Of a stretch of DNA of 62,126 nt, positions 50,503 to 60,366 are shown piece after piece. The DNA comes from Thermoplasmata archaeon. GTDB taxonomy: Archaea > Thermoplasmatota > Thermoplasmata > Lutacidiplasmatales > UBA184. A program made the position numbers and the translations under genes. The DNA is taken from NCBI GenBank assembly GCA_030040865.1, contig JASHSX010000087.1:1-62126 (forward strand), in the 5' to 3' direction. Positions within the stretch are counted from its first letter, which is position 1; the number at the start of each line of letters is the position of its first letter. The notes beneath the pieces are model-generated. The model had not been told where the DNA came from. It ran no database searches and was given only the letters and a program-made list of their open reading frames with translations.

Positions 50503-51267
50503 CTAGATCGCGTTGACGACGAAACCAAGCACGAAGCCGGCCAGGATCCCGAGGTAGGTCAGCTGCTGCTTCAGGTACGTCGTTTCCGGGCTCTCCGCCG
50601 GCCGGAACGCCGTGCGCAGCATCGGAAGCACGCAGTACAGGATCGCCCCGATCGCGAGCGCATCGAAGACCACGAGGAGGAGCGGACTCGTGTAATAGTA
50701 CCCGGCCACGCTGCCGACGATCGTCGGCAGCCCGCCGATGAGGAAGAACATCGCCAGGAGCCCGAGACGGCGCTCGCCCTTGCCGAGGAGCGGTGCGGCG
50801 ATCGGGAACCCTTCGGTCACGTTCTGCAAGAAGAAGCCCACGAAGACGACGGTGAGCGGACCGACCGCTCCGAGGGCCCAGAACGCCCCGAAGACCAGTC
50901 CCTCCGTCAGGTTCTGGAAACCGATCGCGAGGGCCACGATGAGCGCGGTCGTCATCGGCGTGAGCCGTCCGCCGCGCGAGCGGTGTTCCACGCCGAACAG
51001 GAGCAGGTAGCAGAGCGCGAGTGCGAGACCGAAGGCGAGCGCGTACTCGCCGTTCGCGAGATACGGACTTGCCGGATTGGTGTAGAGGATCGTCGCTGCG
51101 TCCGAGAAGACGTCGGCGAGGAGGAACAGGAGGATCCCGATCGCGGCCGCCGTGAGCAGGTGCGTCGTGCGCGACGCCGGCGACTTCGCGAGCACGACCG
51201 GGAGCGACAGGAAGATCGAAAGCCCCATGGCCGAGGCGAACAGGACGAGCTCGACGAAGTTCTCCAT
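50503..51267 (-). CDS. ZIP-family divalent metal (zinc) transporter
   Basis: 254 aa, about 8 TM helices. IGFQNLTEGL and FLQNVTEGFPIAAPL motifs are typical of ZupT/GufA-like ZIP proteins. Confidence 0.85.
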   Translation of the reverse strand: MENFVELVLFASAMGLSIFLSLPVVLAKSPASRTTHLLTAAAIGILLFLLADVFSDAATILYTNPASPYLANGEYALAFGLALALCYLLLFGVEHRSRGGRLTPMTTALIVALAIGFQNLTEGLVFGAFWALGAVGPLTVVFVGFFLQNVTEGFPIAAPLLGKGERRLGLLAMFFLIGGLPTIVGSVAGYYYTSPLLLVVFDALAIGAILYCVLPMLRTAFRPAESPETTYLKQQLTYLGILAGFVLGFVVNAI

Positions 51268-51306
51268 CGGGGCCGAGCCGTTCCGCCGGCGGGACTACTT
51301 AAGTCT

Positions 51307-51350
51307 CGCTGTGAGGGAGACGGCTCTCGACTTCACAGCGTGAATTTCAC
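51307..51350. promoter_or_regulatory. nested inverted repeats in the ZIP/sucC divergent spacer (candidate operator)
   Basis: CGCTGTGA (51307-14) and TCACAGCG (51333-40) form a perfect 8-bp inverted repeat with an 18-nt spacer. It is immediately followed by the palindrome GTGAATTTCAC (51340-50). Confidence 0.3.
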
Positions 51351-51408
51351 GGTCCGACCCGCGCGCAGCGCGTTCCGGCCCGCTCGGGGCGCCGCGCGTC
51401 CCGCCGCC

Positions 51409-51416
51409 CTTAATAG
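51409..51416 (+). promoter_or_regulatory. putative TATA-like element upstream of sucC
   Basis: CTTAATAG, 32-39 nt upstream of ATG 51448. A GAGG lies 8-11 nt upstream of the ATG. Confidence 0.3.
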
Positions 51417-51447
51417 TGGTCCCGTTTGCGCGCCCCGAGGTTCCTCG

Positions 51448-52581
51448 ATGGTGAAGCTCGCGGAATGGCGGGGGAAGGAGATGTTCCGGAAGTACGGCGT
51501 CCCGCTGCCGCGCGGCGCCGTCGCCCGCTCTCCCGAGGAGGCCGAGTCCCTGACGGCGAAGGGCGCAGTACCTCTGCCGTGTGTCGTCAAGGCACAGGTG
51601 CTCGCCGGCGGCCGGGGGAAGGGAGGTGCCGTCAAGTTCGCGAGCTCGCCGGCGGAAGCGCGGGCTGCGGCCGCCTCGATCCTCGGTCTCGAGTTCAAGG
51701 GGGAGGTCGTCCGGGAGGTGCTCCTCGAGGAGAAGCTCGCGATCGGGCACGAGTTCTACGTCTCGTTCACGCTCGACCGGGCCGCCCGGATCCCGATCCT
51801 CATCTCGAGCGCCAAGGGCGGCATCGAGATCGAATCGGTGGACGACGCGGCGATCGACCGTCAGCCGGTCCATCCGTTCCCAGGGCTCACGTCGTTCGAG
51901 CGACGCAGGGCGGCCCGTTCGCTGGGCGTGTCGGGATCGGTGGCGAAGTCGCTCGACCGGGTCCTCGGTGCCCTCTGGCAGGCGTTCCAGGCCGAAGATG
52001 CCGAACTCATCGAGGTGAACCCGCTCGCGCAAGTCGGCGACGGCGTGGTCGCGCTCGACGCGAAAGTGATCATCGAGGACGATGCGGCGTTCCGGCACCC
52101 CGAGTACGCCGAGATCCGCGACGACCGGACCCCGCTCGAGGAGATCGCGCGGGAGAAGGAGATCGCGTTCGTCCAGCTGGACGGCAACATCGGCGTGATC
52201 GCGAACGGGGCCGGGCTCACGATGGCCACGCTCGACGTGCTCAAGGAGTTCGGGGGAGACCCGGGGGTCTTCCTCGACCTGGGCGGCACCGACGACCCGA
52301 ACAAGGTCACGGAGGCGTTCCTGCTGATGGCGAAGGCGAAACCCCGGGCGGTCTTCCTGAACATCTTCGGCGGCGTCACCCGGTGCGATACGGTCGCCAC
52401 GGGTCTCGTCGCGGCGATGAAGCAGGTACCCGCGTCCGATCGGTTCCCGCTCGTCGCCCGGATCCGCGGCAACAACGAGAAGGAAGGGATCGCGATCCTC
52501 GAGGCGGCCGGCATCACCGCGACCCCCGGCCTCAAGGAGTCCGCCCAGGCGGTCGTCGCCGCCGCGAAGGGGGCGGCATGA
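51448..52581 (+). CDS. sucC: succinate--CoA ligase (ADP-forming) beta subunit
   Basis: 377 aa from ATG 51448; MVKLAEWRGKEMFRKYGVP, VVKAQVLAGGRGKGG, EVNPL, NGAGLTMATLD, NIFGG..RCD. Confidence 0.93.
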   Translation: MVKLAEWRGKEMFRKYGVPLPRGAVARSPEEAESLTAKGAVPLPCVVKAQVLAGGRGKGGAVKFASSPAEARAAAASILGLEFKGEVVREVLLEEKLAIGHEFYVSFTLDRAARIPILISSAKGGIEIESVDDAAIDRQPVHPFPGLTSFERRRAARSLGVSGSVAKSLDRVLGALWQAFQAEDAELIEVNPLAQVGDGVVALDAKVIIEDDAAFRHPEYAEIRDDRTPLEEIAREKEIAFVQLDGNIGVIANGAGLTMATLDVLKEFGGDPGVFLDLGGTDDPNKVTEAFLLMAKAKPRAVFLNIFGGVTRCDTVATGLVAAMKQVPASDRFPLVARIRGNNEKEGIAILEAAGITATPGLKESAQAVVAAAKGAA

Positions 52582-53462
52582 CGGTCCTCGTCGACGCCGA
52601 TACGCGGGTCGTGGTGCAGGGGATCACCGGACACCAGGGGACGGTGCACACGCGCCAGATGAAACTGTTCGGGACCCAGGTGGTCGCCGGGGTCACGCCG
52701 GGCAAGGCCGGCAGCGAGGTCGAGGGCGTCCCGGTCTTCGACTCGGTGAAGGACGCCGTCGCGGCGTCGCGCGCGAACGCCGCGTGCATCTTCGTGCCGG
52801 CGCCGTACGCCCGGGACGCGCTCCTCGAGACCGTCGACGCCGGGATCCGGCTCGCCGTGATCGTGACGGAGCACATCCCGTTCCACGACATGCTCGTCAT
52901 GTACCACTACGCCCGCGAGAAGGGCGCGCGGATCATCGGACCGAACTGCCCGGGCATCGCGGCCCCGGGCAAGGCGAAGGTCGGCATCATCCCGAACGTC
53001 GTCTTCCGTCCGGGCCGCGTGGGCGTGATCTCGCGCAGCGGGACGTTGACCTACGAGATCGTGAACGGCATCAAGGAAGTCGGGCTGGGCCAATCGACGT
53101 GCATCGGGCTTGGAGGGGACCCGGTGGTCGGGACGTCGTTCGTCGACGCGCTCCCGCTCTTCCAGGCCGACCCGGAGACGGACGTGCTCGTCATGGTCGG
53201 CGAGATCGGGGGCACGGCCGAGGAGGACGGTGCGGAGTTCATCGGCCAGCATTTCACGAAGCCGGTCGTCGCGTACATCGCCGGGCGCAGCGCGCCTCCG
53301 GGAAAGCGAATGGGTCACGCCGGCGCCATCATCTCGCGGGGGAAAGGGACGGCCGAGACCAAGGTCGCCGCGCTCGAAGCGGCCGGCGCGACGGTCGCCC
53401 GATTCCCGTACGAGATCCCGGCCCTGGTCGCCGACCTCGTGAAGCAGCAGGCCCGTCGATGA
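52578..53462 (+). CDS. sucD: succinate--CoA ligase alpha subunit
   Basis: 294 aa (ATGA overlap). VVVQGITGHQGT, GPNCPG, SRSGTLTYE, GIGGDP, GHAGAIIS (phosphohistidine loop). Confidence 0.95.
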   Translation: MTVLVDADTRVVVQGITGHQGTVHTRQMKLFGTQVVAGVTPGKAGSEVEGVPVFDSVKDAVAASRANAACIFVPAPYARDALLETVDAGIRLAVIVTEHIPFHDMLVMYHYAREKGARIIGPNCPGIAAPGKAKVGIIPNVVFRPGRVGVISRSGTLTYEIVNGIKEVGLGQSTCIGLGGDPVVGTSFVDALPLFQADPETDVLVMVGEIGGTAEEDGAEFIGQHFTKPVVAYIAGRSAPPGKRMGHAGAIISRGKGTAETKVAALEAAGATVARFPYEIPALVADLVKQQARR

Positions 53463-53671
53463 GCCCCGCGGATCCCCCGGAGGACGCCGAGCCGTGCCTC
53501 GTGCCGGGGTGCGGGGCCCCCTCCGTCCGGCACCTGGCCCTCGCCGAGGCCCGCAAGGCGTTCGACCGGTTGCCCGACAAGGGTCGTCGGGCCCCCTTGT
53601 GTCGCGACCACTATCGCGCGTGGAAGAAGGCCACGAAAGAAGCGCGCAAGCTCGATCGGCTCGCGTGGTAG
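53459..53671 (+). CDS. hypothetical 70-aa Cys/His protein translationally coupled to sucD
   Basis: ATG 53459 overlaps the sucD TGA (ATGA). MSPADPPEDAEPCLVPGCGAPSVRHLALAEARKAFDRLPDKGRRAPLCRDHYRAWKKATKEARKLDRLAW. G/C third-position bias. It sits hidden inside the 295-aa track ORF 52784..53671. Confidence 0.55.
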   Translation: MSPADPPEDAEPCLVPGCGAPSVRHLALAEARKAFDRLPDKGRRAPLCRDHYRAWKKATKEARKLDRLAW

Positions 53672-53700
53672 GGCGGTCCGCCCGGAACCCGCGGGTCGCC

Positions 53701-53808
53701 CTACTGCTTGCGCATCTTCTGGGCCCTCATGCGGCGGCGCATCCGCTTCTTGCGCCACTTCCAGCGCATGTGGCCGCGCTTTTTCCAGACTCGCGAGGAC
53801 CGTTTCAT
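53701..53808 (-). CDS. rpl41e: ribosomal protein eL41 (L41e)
   Basis: Not in the ORF track (35 aa). Own translation: MKRSSRVWKKRGHMRWKWRKKRMRRRMRAQKMRKQ. It closely matches the eL41 core MR.KWRKKRMRRLKRKRRKMR and the archaeal KRSSR.WKKKG N-terminal extension. Confidence 0.85.
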   Translation of the reverse strand: MKRSSRVWKKRGHMRWKWRKKRMRRRMRAQKMRKQ

Positions 53809-53850
53809 TCCGGATGAGCTCGGACGCGCGGGGGGAGGGGAGACCGTTTA

Positions 53851-54576
53851 TTAGCGTTCCGCCGAGAAACGCCGGTCCTCCGTGACGGAGTCGACGCGGA
53901 CGAGCGCGAACCCATCGTACCCCTTGGTTCCGACGGTCTGGATCGCCGTGGCCGACACCCGGCGGTCGCGCGCGATCCGCTCGTTCATCTGACGCACGCC
54001 CACGACCTGGGGATCGACCGAGCCTGCCTCCGCCACGTCTCCGCGGCGTACGACGTTGTCCGCGACCACGAGCGTTCCCGGATGCGAGAGCCGGACCGCG
54101 GACTCGTAGTAGACAGGGTACGAAGCCTTGTCCGCGTCGATGAAGACGAGGTCGAACGCCGGGTCGCTCGCGCGGACGAGTTTCTCGAGCGACTCGGTCG
54201 CCGGTCCCACCCGGATCTCGACACGGTCGGAGAGTCCCGCGCGACGCAGGTTCGCGGTCGCGACGTCCGCGTGCTTCGGATCGAGCTCCAGCGAGAGGAG
54301 GCGTCCGTCGTCCGGGAGGGCCCGGGCGAGCCAGATCGCGCTGTATCCGCCGAGCGTGCCGATCTCGAGGATGCGCCGGGCCCCGATCGACCGGGCCAGG
54401 AGGTGGAGCAGTTTCCCCTGCAGCGGCGAGACCTGGATCTCCGGAAGTCCGGCGGCGCGGCTAGCCTCGAGGGCGGCGGTGAGCACGGGATCGCCGGCCC
54501 CCACGATCCCCTCGTAGTACCGATCGACGAGGGACCACCGCGCGAGGTCCTCGGGCGGGGACGAACGTTGGGTCAT
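53851..54576 (-). CDS. class I SAM-dependent O-methyltransferase (caffeoyl-CoA OMT-like, Methyltransf_3/24)
   Basis: 241 aa; ILEIGTLGGYSAIWLA, LLSLELDP, FDLVFIDADK, GTLVVADNV. Confidence 0.88.
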   Translation of the reverse strand: MTQRSSPPEDLARWSLVDRYYEGIVGAGDPVLTAALEASRAAGLPEIQVSPLQGKLLHLLARSIGARRILEIGTLGGYSAIWLARALPDDGRLLSLELDPKHADVATANLRRAGLSDRVEIRVGPATESLEKLVRASDPAFDLVFIDADKASYPVYYESAVRLSHPGTLVVADNVVRRGDVAEAGSVDPQVVGVRQMNERIARDRRVSATAIQTVGTKGYDGFALVRVDSVTEDRRFSAER

Positions 54577-54653
54577 GCCGGGGCAGGACCGCCCGAGCTC
54601 AAGTCCGTTGGCCCGCCTCCCCGCTTAACTAGCCCGCGCGGCTCGCGCGGGCG

Positions 54654-55070
54654 ATGCTGGAGGTCTCCGACCTCGAGGTGAACGTCCTCGAGTTCCGACA
54701 GCGGGCGTTCTCGTTCGAGCGGCTCGCGACCGTCGGGGACCGCGGGATCGCGGTGTTCGGTCGGACCGAGACGGAGAGCGAGAGCCAGTTCCGGCCCAAG
54801 CTCCTCCACCTGAAGCTCGCGATCCCGCAGGCGTGGGTCGTGCACGACGAACCGAACGACGTGCTCCGGATCGCCCGGGACGGGAGCACGATCCCCGTCC
54901 GTCTCTCGGAGCCCGTGGTCGAGGTCGCCGCCGAGCCGCCCGAGTTCCAGGAACAGGGGCTCGCGTGGCGCCGCGCGCCGGGGCCCGGCGGCACCTGGGT
55001 CTACGCTCCCGCCGAGCTGGCGGGAACGCTCCTCACACCGGCGGGGTTCGCGGAGCTCGGACTCGGCTAG
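54654..55070 (+). CDS. hypothetical protein
   Basis: 138 aa. Manual codon reading shows strong G/C third-position bias. No family recognised. Confidence 0.55.
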   Translation: MLEVSDLEVNVLEFRQRAFSFERLATVGDRGIAVFGRTETESESQFRPKLLHLKLAIPQAWVVHDEPNDVLRIARDGSTIPVRLSEPVVEVAAEPPEFQEQGLAWRRAPGPGGTWVYAPAELAGTLLTPAGFAELGLG

Positions 55071-55075
55071 CCGCC

Positions 55076-55822
55076 CTACCCGGGGGACGGGCGGAGGAAC
55101 CGCTCGATCACCGCGGCAAGGACCCCGCCGACGATCGGGGCCACCCAGAAGAGCCAGTCCTGCTGGATCGCCCACTGGGAGCCGGACCAGCCGGCCGAGA
55201 GGATCGCGGGAGCGAAGCTCCGGGCGGGGTTCACCGAGGCGCCGTCGATCGGGATCGCGACGAAGTTCGTCATCGCCAGGGTGAGCGCGATGCCGACCGG
55301 GGCGAGGTTCTTCGAGAAGCCCTCGGAGCGCGTCGCGAGGAGGACCACGAACACGAGGAAGAACGTCATCGCGACCTCCAGGAGGAACACCGACCCGAGC
55401 GCTACCGTGTAGGGCGAGCCGTTGCCCGAGTACCCCTGGGCGGCGATCGCGATCTTCTGCGTGTTCCCCCAGAGCGTGGAGTTCCCGTACGCCACACCGG
55501 CGATCGTCGCGACGGCGACGACGCCCCCCGCGACCTGGGCCACGATGTAGGGGACGACGTCGCGGGCCTTCATCCGGCCGGCCACGAAGACCCCGAGGGT
55601 GATGGCCGGGTTGAAGTGGCCTCCCGAGACGTCCCCGAGGGCGTAGGCCATCCCGAGCACGCCGAGTCCCAGCGAGAAGCTGATGAGCATCACGCGCGAG
55701 TCGGCCGAGAACTCCCCGGTGTCGACGTTGAGCGAGAGGACCGCCGCCCCGGTGACCGAGATCAGCAGACCGAACGTTCCCAAAAATTCCGCGAGGTACT
55801 TCTGGCCGGACGACCACGCCAT
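55076..55822 (-). CDS. aquaporin (MIP family)
   Basis: 248 aa. Two NPA boxes (SGGHFNPAITLG; GASVNPARSF), six TM helices. Confidence 0.93.
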   Translation of the reverse strand: MAWSSGQKYLAEFLGTFGLLISVTGAAVLSLNVDTGEFSADSRVMLISFSLGLGVLGMAYALGDVSGGHFNPAITLGVFVAGRMKARDVVPYIVAQVAGGVVAVATIAGVAYGNSTLWGNTQKIAIAAQGYSGNGSPYTVALGSVFLLEVAMTFFLVFVVLLATRSEGFSKNLAPVGIALTLAMTNFVAIPIDGASVNPARSFAPAILSAGWSGSQWAIQQDWLFWVAPIVGGVLAAVIERFLRPSPG

Positions 55823-55917
55823 CGGCGGGGCACGCGCCTAGACGTTTCTTAATCTTTCGTTCGAGGGTGGGACGGAGAGATCCGGGGGGCCGAACGGGGT
55901 CCCGAGCCGTTCGAGGG

Positions 55918-57057
55918 TCACAGCACGCCCATCTCGGTGAGTTTCTCCGGTAGGTAGTGGTCGGTCACGTAGTTGAGACCGTACTTCGCGAGCGACTGCT
56001 GCTCCGCCTTCTTGCCGTTCTTGAGCATCAGCTCGATCTCGGCGCGCCAATCGGCCGTGCCGAACCGGGGATCGGTGAGCTCCGCCTGGAGCGCCCGCAC
56101 GTCCTGGTCGGAGAGCTGGTCGTGGGGGAGGTCGTAGTTCTCGATGTCGGACGCGGTGACGCCCAGGAACTCGGCCGACGGGGTCGCGAGGTAGCTCGAG
56201 AGGTGGGCGGTCTTGATCGCCCCGTACGCGACGCTCGCGTAGATCCGGAACGACCAGGGGTCGCCGTCCGTGAAGACCACGACCGGGAGCTTCAACTCCT
56301 CCGTGATCCGCTTCAGGAATCGACGCGTCGAGCGCGCCGGCTGACCCTTGAGGTGGACGAGGATCGCCTTCTGCTTCTCGTCGAAATTGTTCTCCGCGAG
56401 GCGATCGACCATGCCGCCGCACTCGATCGCGATCACGAACTTCGCGTTCGTCCCGACGAACGAGATCTTCTCCTTCTCGACGTTGAACGGCAGCGAGTAC
56501 CCGCCGTCGCCGACGTCGTCCTTGCAGTTGATCGTCTTCACGACGCCCTTGCGGTTCTTCTCCTTGATCGTGAGGTCGCCGATGACCGACGCGCCGTTCT
56601 CCTCGGGATGGAGCCGGAAATCCTCGCGCAACCGCTCGCACATCACCTCCAGGTCCTCGATGAGGAGGTTCGACTCGTCCTCGCTGTGGAACTTCGCGTC
56701 CTCCCAGCCCTCGCTGATGTAGTACAGCTCCCGCAGGGTCGACGTCTTCTTGTCGACCGCCATCTCGTTGATGAAGTCGACGAGGTAGAACGTCCGCAGC
56801 AGCATGAGCGCCCCGTCGAGCTTTCGGGCGCTGCGGGTCCCCATCGCCTTCCCGAGCCGCCAGACCCCGTCCCGGGCCTGGAACGTCAGGTTCTGCTTGG
56901 TGCGGAGCGGAAGCCGCATGCGCGGGATCTCGCCGTTCCCGAGCTGTTCGTAGATCTGCCCGGCGAGGTCGAGGGTGGGGCGGAGGGCGTCCGCCCGGAC
57001 CTTGGGGAGGTCGTCGTCACTCTTCTTCGCTGGCGCGCGCGCCCGTTTCGGCGGCAT
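55918..57057 (-). CDS. top6A: DNA topoisomerase VI subunit A (Spo11 homologue)
   Basis: 379 aa. Catalytic-Tyr region LRELYYISE. Toprim region VIAIECGGM...VVFTDGDPW. Confidence 0.95.
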   Translation of the reverse strand: MPPKRARAPAKKSDDDLPKVRADALRPTLDLAGQIYEQLGNGEIPRMRLPLRTKQNLTFQARDGVWRLGKAMGTRSARKLDGALMLLRTFYLVDFINEMAVDKKTSTLRELYYISEGWEDAKFHSEDESNLLIEDLEVMCERLREDFRLHPEENGASVIGDLTIKEKNRKGVVKTINCKDDVGDGGYSLPFNVEKEKISFVGTNAKFVIAIECGGMVDRLAENNFDEKQKAILVHLKGQPARSTRRFLKRITEELKLPVVVFTDGDPWSFRIYASVAYGAIKTAHLSSYLATPSAEFLGVTASDIENYDLPHDQLSDQDVRALQAELTDPRFGTADWRAEIELMLKNGKKAEQQSLAKYGLNYVTDHYLPEKLTEMGVL

Positions 57058-59041
57058 CGTAGTCCACCTCCCCTTCGGGCGTCTCGCCCGTCGCGGCCGC
57101 TTCCTGGGCGGCCGCCTCCGCCGCCTCGACGATCGTCCGGGGCAGTCGCACGTCCCAGTCCCCGGGCAGCGGGTCGGCCCCGAGCACGTGCGCCTCGTCG
57201 ATCCCGGCGACGTACCAGTCGAAGTCGCTCGCGTCGATGTCGGACTTGGCGGGGAAGGTGACGGAGATCTCGGTCTTCCCGTTCGGGAGCAGCTTCGGCA
57301 GGGTCCACCACGCCCGTCCCAGCTCGGTCTCCGAACCCTCGGGAGCCGGATCGAACGTCGCCGTCGCGAAGACGTCCGGCGGGATCTCCACGAACAGTTC
57401 GAGGACGCGGGCGCGGGGCGTGTAGTTCGTGACGGTGACCGGGACCCGCACGCCGCTCGGCTCCTTCGCGATCTGCGTGTCGACGTTCACCACGTCCATG
57501 ATGCGGGTGATGACAGGGGTCAGGTCGGGTACGGGCTTCCCCACGAGACCGCTCGTCTTCTCGGCGAGCTTCGGGAGGATCCTCAGGATGATCTCGAACT
57601 TGTCGCTGGCGAACGACCGGCGGCTCATGCGCGAGAGGTGGGTCTTCAGGTGCCGGGCCGACGCCTGGAGGGCGAGGGTGAGCTCCTTGTCGATCTCCGG
57701 ATCCTCGGCGATCGCTTCCTTGGCCTCGCTGGTGAACGGGATCTTTGTCGAGGCGACGTGGACGAGGACGAGCGCCGGACCGGACGGGATCCCGGAGCCC
57801 CCCTTCTGGTCGAGGCCGTAGCGGCGCCAGTCCATCGTCGAGATCGCGTTCGTGATCGCACACGCGCCTTGCTGGAACAGGAGCGGAACGCGGTTCGCGA
57901 AGCGGAGGATCTGGACCGGTTGGTCGACCGGGAGCCCTCCGCCGTAGACGAGGCCGACCTCGACCATGAACGGGAATCCCCCCCGCACCTTCGGCGGGCG
58001 GGAGATCGGAGGCGCATAGAACTCCGGACGCAGCTCCCCGAGCACGTTCCGCAAGCCCCGCTTGATCAGCATCGAGCCGATCGGCGAGAGGCAGTCGGCG
58101 CTGGGCGCGACGAGCGACACCCCGTGGAGGGCCGCGAGGAGCCGTTCTTGCTCCTCGCCCTGGATCGACGCTGGTTTCTCCGAGGCTTTGCGCCGGGACG
58201 TGTCGAGGACCTCCCGGACCGCCCGGGCGCTCACGCCCTGGAGGTCCTTCGCGAGGAACTCTCCGAGGGTCGGCCGGCGCGTCCCCTTGAGCAGGTAACC
58301 GAGCTCCCCGAGCTCGAGGCCGTAGGGATGAGGCAGTGTCTCCTTCGAGACCGGTGGGAGCTCGGAGCTGGCGCGCTCGAACGTCACGCGGGTGCCGTCG
58401 GGCTCGACCAGGACGAGCCGGACGTGAGGGTTCACGATCGCGGTGCCGCGGAGGTATTCGTACGGCGACTGGCGGGCGCGCACGTAGCGGGCCTTGAGGA
58501 CGAGCTCGACGCGCGTGCCGTGCGGCCGGTCCCACAGCTCGAGGTCGTCGAGCGTCACCCGGGGGAGGTTCTTCTGGGTGTCCAGGAACAGCTCGAGCAC
58601 GTGGGCCGCCTCCTCCTCCTCGACCTTGGAGACGATCCGCGCGGGACGTGCCGTGGTCAGGTTCGCGTAGAGGACGGCCGCGGAGATGCCGATCCCCTGC
58701 TGCCCTCGCGCCTGGCGGTTCGCGTGGAACCGGGAGCCGTAGAGGAGTCGGGCGAAGACGTTCGGGATCTCGCGGCGAAGGATCCCGGGCCCGTTGTCGG
58801 TAACGGCGACCTTCAGCCGCTCGTCGGTCTCCTTCGAGATCTCGACCTGCACCTCGGGGAGGACCGACGCCTCCTCGCAGGAGTCGATGGAGTTGTCGAC
58901 AGCCTCCTTGACCGTCGTGAGCAGCGCACGCTGCGGGTTGTCGAAGCCGAGGATCTGCCGGTTGCGTTCGAAGAACTCGGCGACGGAGATCTCGCGCTGC
59001 TTCGCCGCCAGCTGCTGGGCGATGGTGGGAGCCTTCGGCAC
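57017..59041 (-). CDS. top6B: DNA topoisomerase VI subunit B (GHKL ATPase)
   Basis: 674 aa, GTG start. [30 protein letters not shown] (Bergerat N box), DNGPGI, GQQGIG. Its 3' end overlaps the top6A start by 41 nt. Confidence 0.95.
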   Translation of the reverse strand: MPKAPTIAQQLAAKQREISVAEFFERNRQILGFDNPQRALLTTVKEAVDNSIDSCEEASVLPEVQVEISKETDERLKVAVTDNGPGILRREIPNVFARLLYGSRFHANRQARGQQGIGISAAVLYANLTTARPARIVSKVEEEEAAHVLELFLDTQKNLPRVTLDDLELWDRPHGTRVELVLKARYVRARQSPYEYLRGTAIVNPHVRLVLVEPDGTRVTFERASSELPPVSKETLPHPYGLELGELGYLLKGTRRPTLGEFLAKDLQGVSARAVREVLDTSRRKASEKPASIQGEEQERLLAALHGVSLVAPSADCLSPIGSMLIKRGLRNVLGELRPEFYAPPISRPPKVRGGFPFMVEVGLVYGGGLPVDQPVQILRFANRVPLLFQQGACAITNAISTMDWRRYGLDQKGGSGIPSGPALVLVHVASTKIPFTSEAKEAIAEDPEIDKELTLALQASARHLKTHLSRMSRRSFASDKFEIILRILPKLAEKTSGLVGKPVPDLTPVITRIMDVVNVDTQIAKEPSGVRVPVTVTNYTPRARVLELFVEIPPDVFATATFDPAPEGSETELGRAWWTLPKLLPNGKTEISVTFPAKSDIDASDFDWYVAGIDEAHVLGADPLPGDWDVRLPRTIVEAAEAAAQEAAATGETPEGEVDYDAAETGARASEEE

Positions 59042-59065
59042 CGAGGAGACCGGGCCCGCCCCTCG

Positions 59066-59902
59066 CTATAAGTCCCGTGTTCGAGTTGCGAGGGGTTCCG
59101 ACGTCGCCGGGCGGGTCGCGATGTCCCGGAGGACCGGCCGGAACGGCCGCCATCGAGCGGTGTCCGCGGGATCGAGCTCGACCACGGTGAGCGACTCCTC
59201 CGGCGCTCCGCCGGGAACCTCCAGGGATCGGAGCGCGATCGGCTCACCGCGGACGTCCCAAGCCCCCGACCCTCCCCCGAAGACGATCCCGTCCTCGACC
59301 CCGACCCGATTCACGAAGACGGCCGCGAGGCCGTTCTCGATCGCCCGCGCGGGGAGGAGCCGCTCGAACAGTCGGCGGCTCGTCACCGGCGACGCGGAGA
59401 TCACGACCAGGAGCTCCGCGCCGGCGAGGGCGAGGTCCCGGGAGACCTCCGGGAAGAAGGCGTCGTAGCAGATCTCGAAGCCGACCGGACGACCGGCGAC
59501 GCCGATCGGTCGGCTCGTCTCGGTCGGCGTGAAAACGGAACCCTCCTCGAACGGACCGAACGTGGGCAGGTACCGCTTCACCTGCTGCGCGACCGAGCCA
59601 TCGGGCCGAACCAGAAGGACCGTATTGTGAAGCTCGCCGGGTCGCTCGGTCGACGCGACCGGTGCACCAACCGCGATCGTCGTCCCCGCCTCGCGCGCGA
59701 TCGCGCGGAGCGACTCGGTCGCAGAGTCGCCCGGACGGAGCGCGTGGCGGTGGAACCGGTCGCCGATCCGGTACCCGCTCAGGAACAGCTCGGGAAAGAC
59801 CGCGAGGTCGCTGGGGCCGACCTTCACACAGGCCCGGATCCGTTCGACGTTGCGCTCGACATCCCCGGGAAACGGGGCGAGCTGGCCGAGCAGGAGGCGC
59901 AT
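59066..59902 (-). CDS. carbon-nitrogen hydrolase (nitrilase superfamily)
   Basis: 278 aa from ATG 59902. FPELFLSGY (Glu), KRYLP (Lys), FEICYD (Cys) catalytic triad contexts. Confidence 0.88.
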   Translation of the reverse strand: MRLLLGQLAPFPGDVERNVERIRACVKVGPSDLAVFPELFLSGYRIGDRFHRHALRPGDSATESLRAIAREAGTTIAVGAPVASTERPGELHNTVLLVRPDGSVAQQVKRYLPTFGPFEEGSVFTPTETSRPIGVAGRPVGFEICYDAFFPEVSRDLALAGAELLVVISASPVTSRRLFERLLPARAIENGLAAVFVNRVGVEDGIVFGGGSGAWDVRGEPIALRSLEVPGGAPEESLTVVELDPADTARWRPFRPVLRDIATRPATSEPLATRTRDL

Positions 59903-60366
59903 CAGTAGAAGTACCGGCGGACCGCGAGCAGGTAGACGAAGAGGATCACGAAGAGCAGGAAGAGCACAGTGATCGACCCGGTGAAGAACAGGTAGGCGGT
60001 CGTCGCGAACACGAGGACGATCGTCGTCCACAGGGCCCAGGTCTCCTGGCGCCAAAGCGCCGTCGCGATCACGAGCAGCGCGACGCCGAGCACCGACAGG
60101 ATCGCGGCTCCCAACAGATCGATCGTGGGTACGAGCTCGAAGACCGGAGGGACGACGTTCCCCACGATCGTGTTGATCAGGAAGAGGATGCCGGCCAGGA
60201 CCAGCACGATGGCGAGCAGCGCCAGGAGAACGGCGACGATCGCGACGCCGATCGGGAGCCGGGGGCGGACCGGGGTCGGCTCCCATCGTGGGGGAAGGTG
60301 ATCGTACTCGACCGTCCCGGCAGGAGAGGCGACGGCCGAACTGGCCGATGCGTTCGAGGACGACAC
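59902..60366 (-). CDS. small four-TM membrane protein
   Basis: 154 aa, GTG start. Its stop overlaps the start of the C-N hydrolase gene by 1 nt. Confidence 0.7.
   Translation of the reverse strand: MSSSNASASSAVASPAGTVEYDHLPPRWEPTPVRPRLPIGVAIVAVLLALLAIVLVLAGILFLINTIVGNVVPPVFELVPTIDLLGAAILSVLGVALLVIATALWRQETWALWTTIVLVFATTAYLFFTGSITVLFLLFVILFVYLLAVRRYFY

Noticed and set aside
57017-57057. 41-nt overlap of the top6B 3' end with the top6A start as a possible anomaly
   Set aside because: Overlapping or tightly coupled top6B-top6A genes are usual in archaea. Both frames are intact, so nothing needs explaining.
56886-59153. 755-aa minus-strand and 698-aa plus-strand (56975..59071) ORFs over top6B
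   Set aside because: Off-frame and antisense shadows of topoisomerase VI B. No motifs and extreme Arg/Gly/Pro/Asp content.
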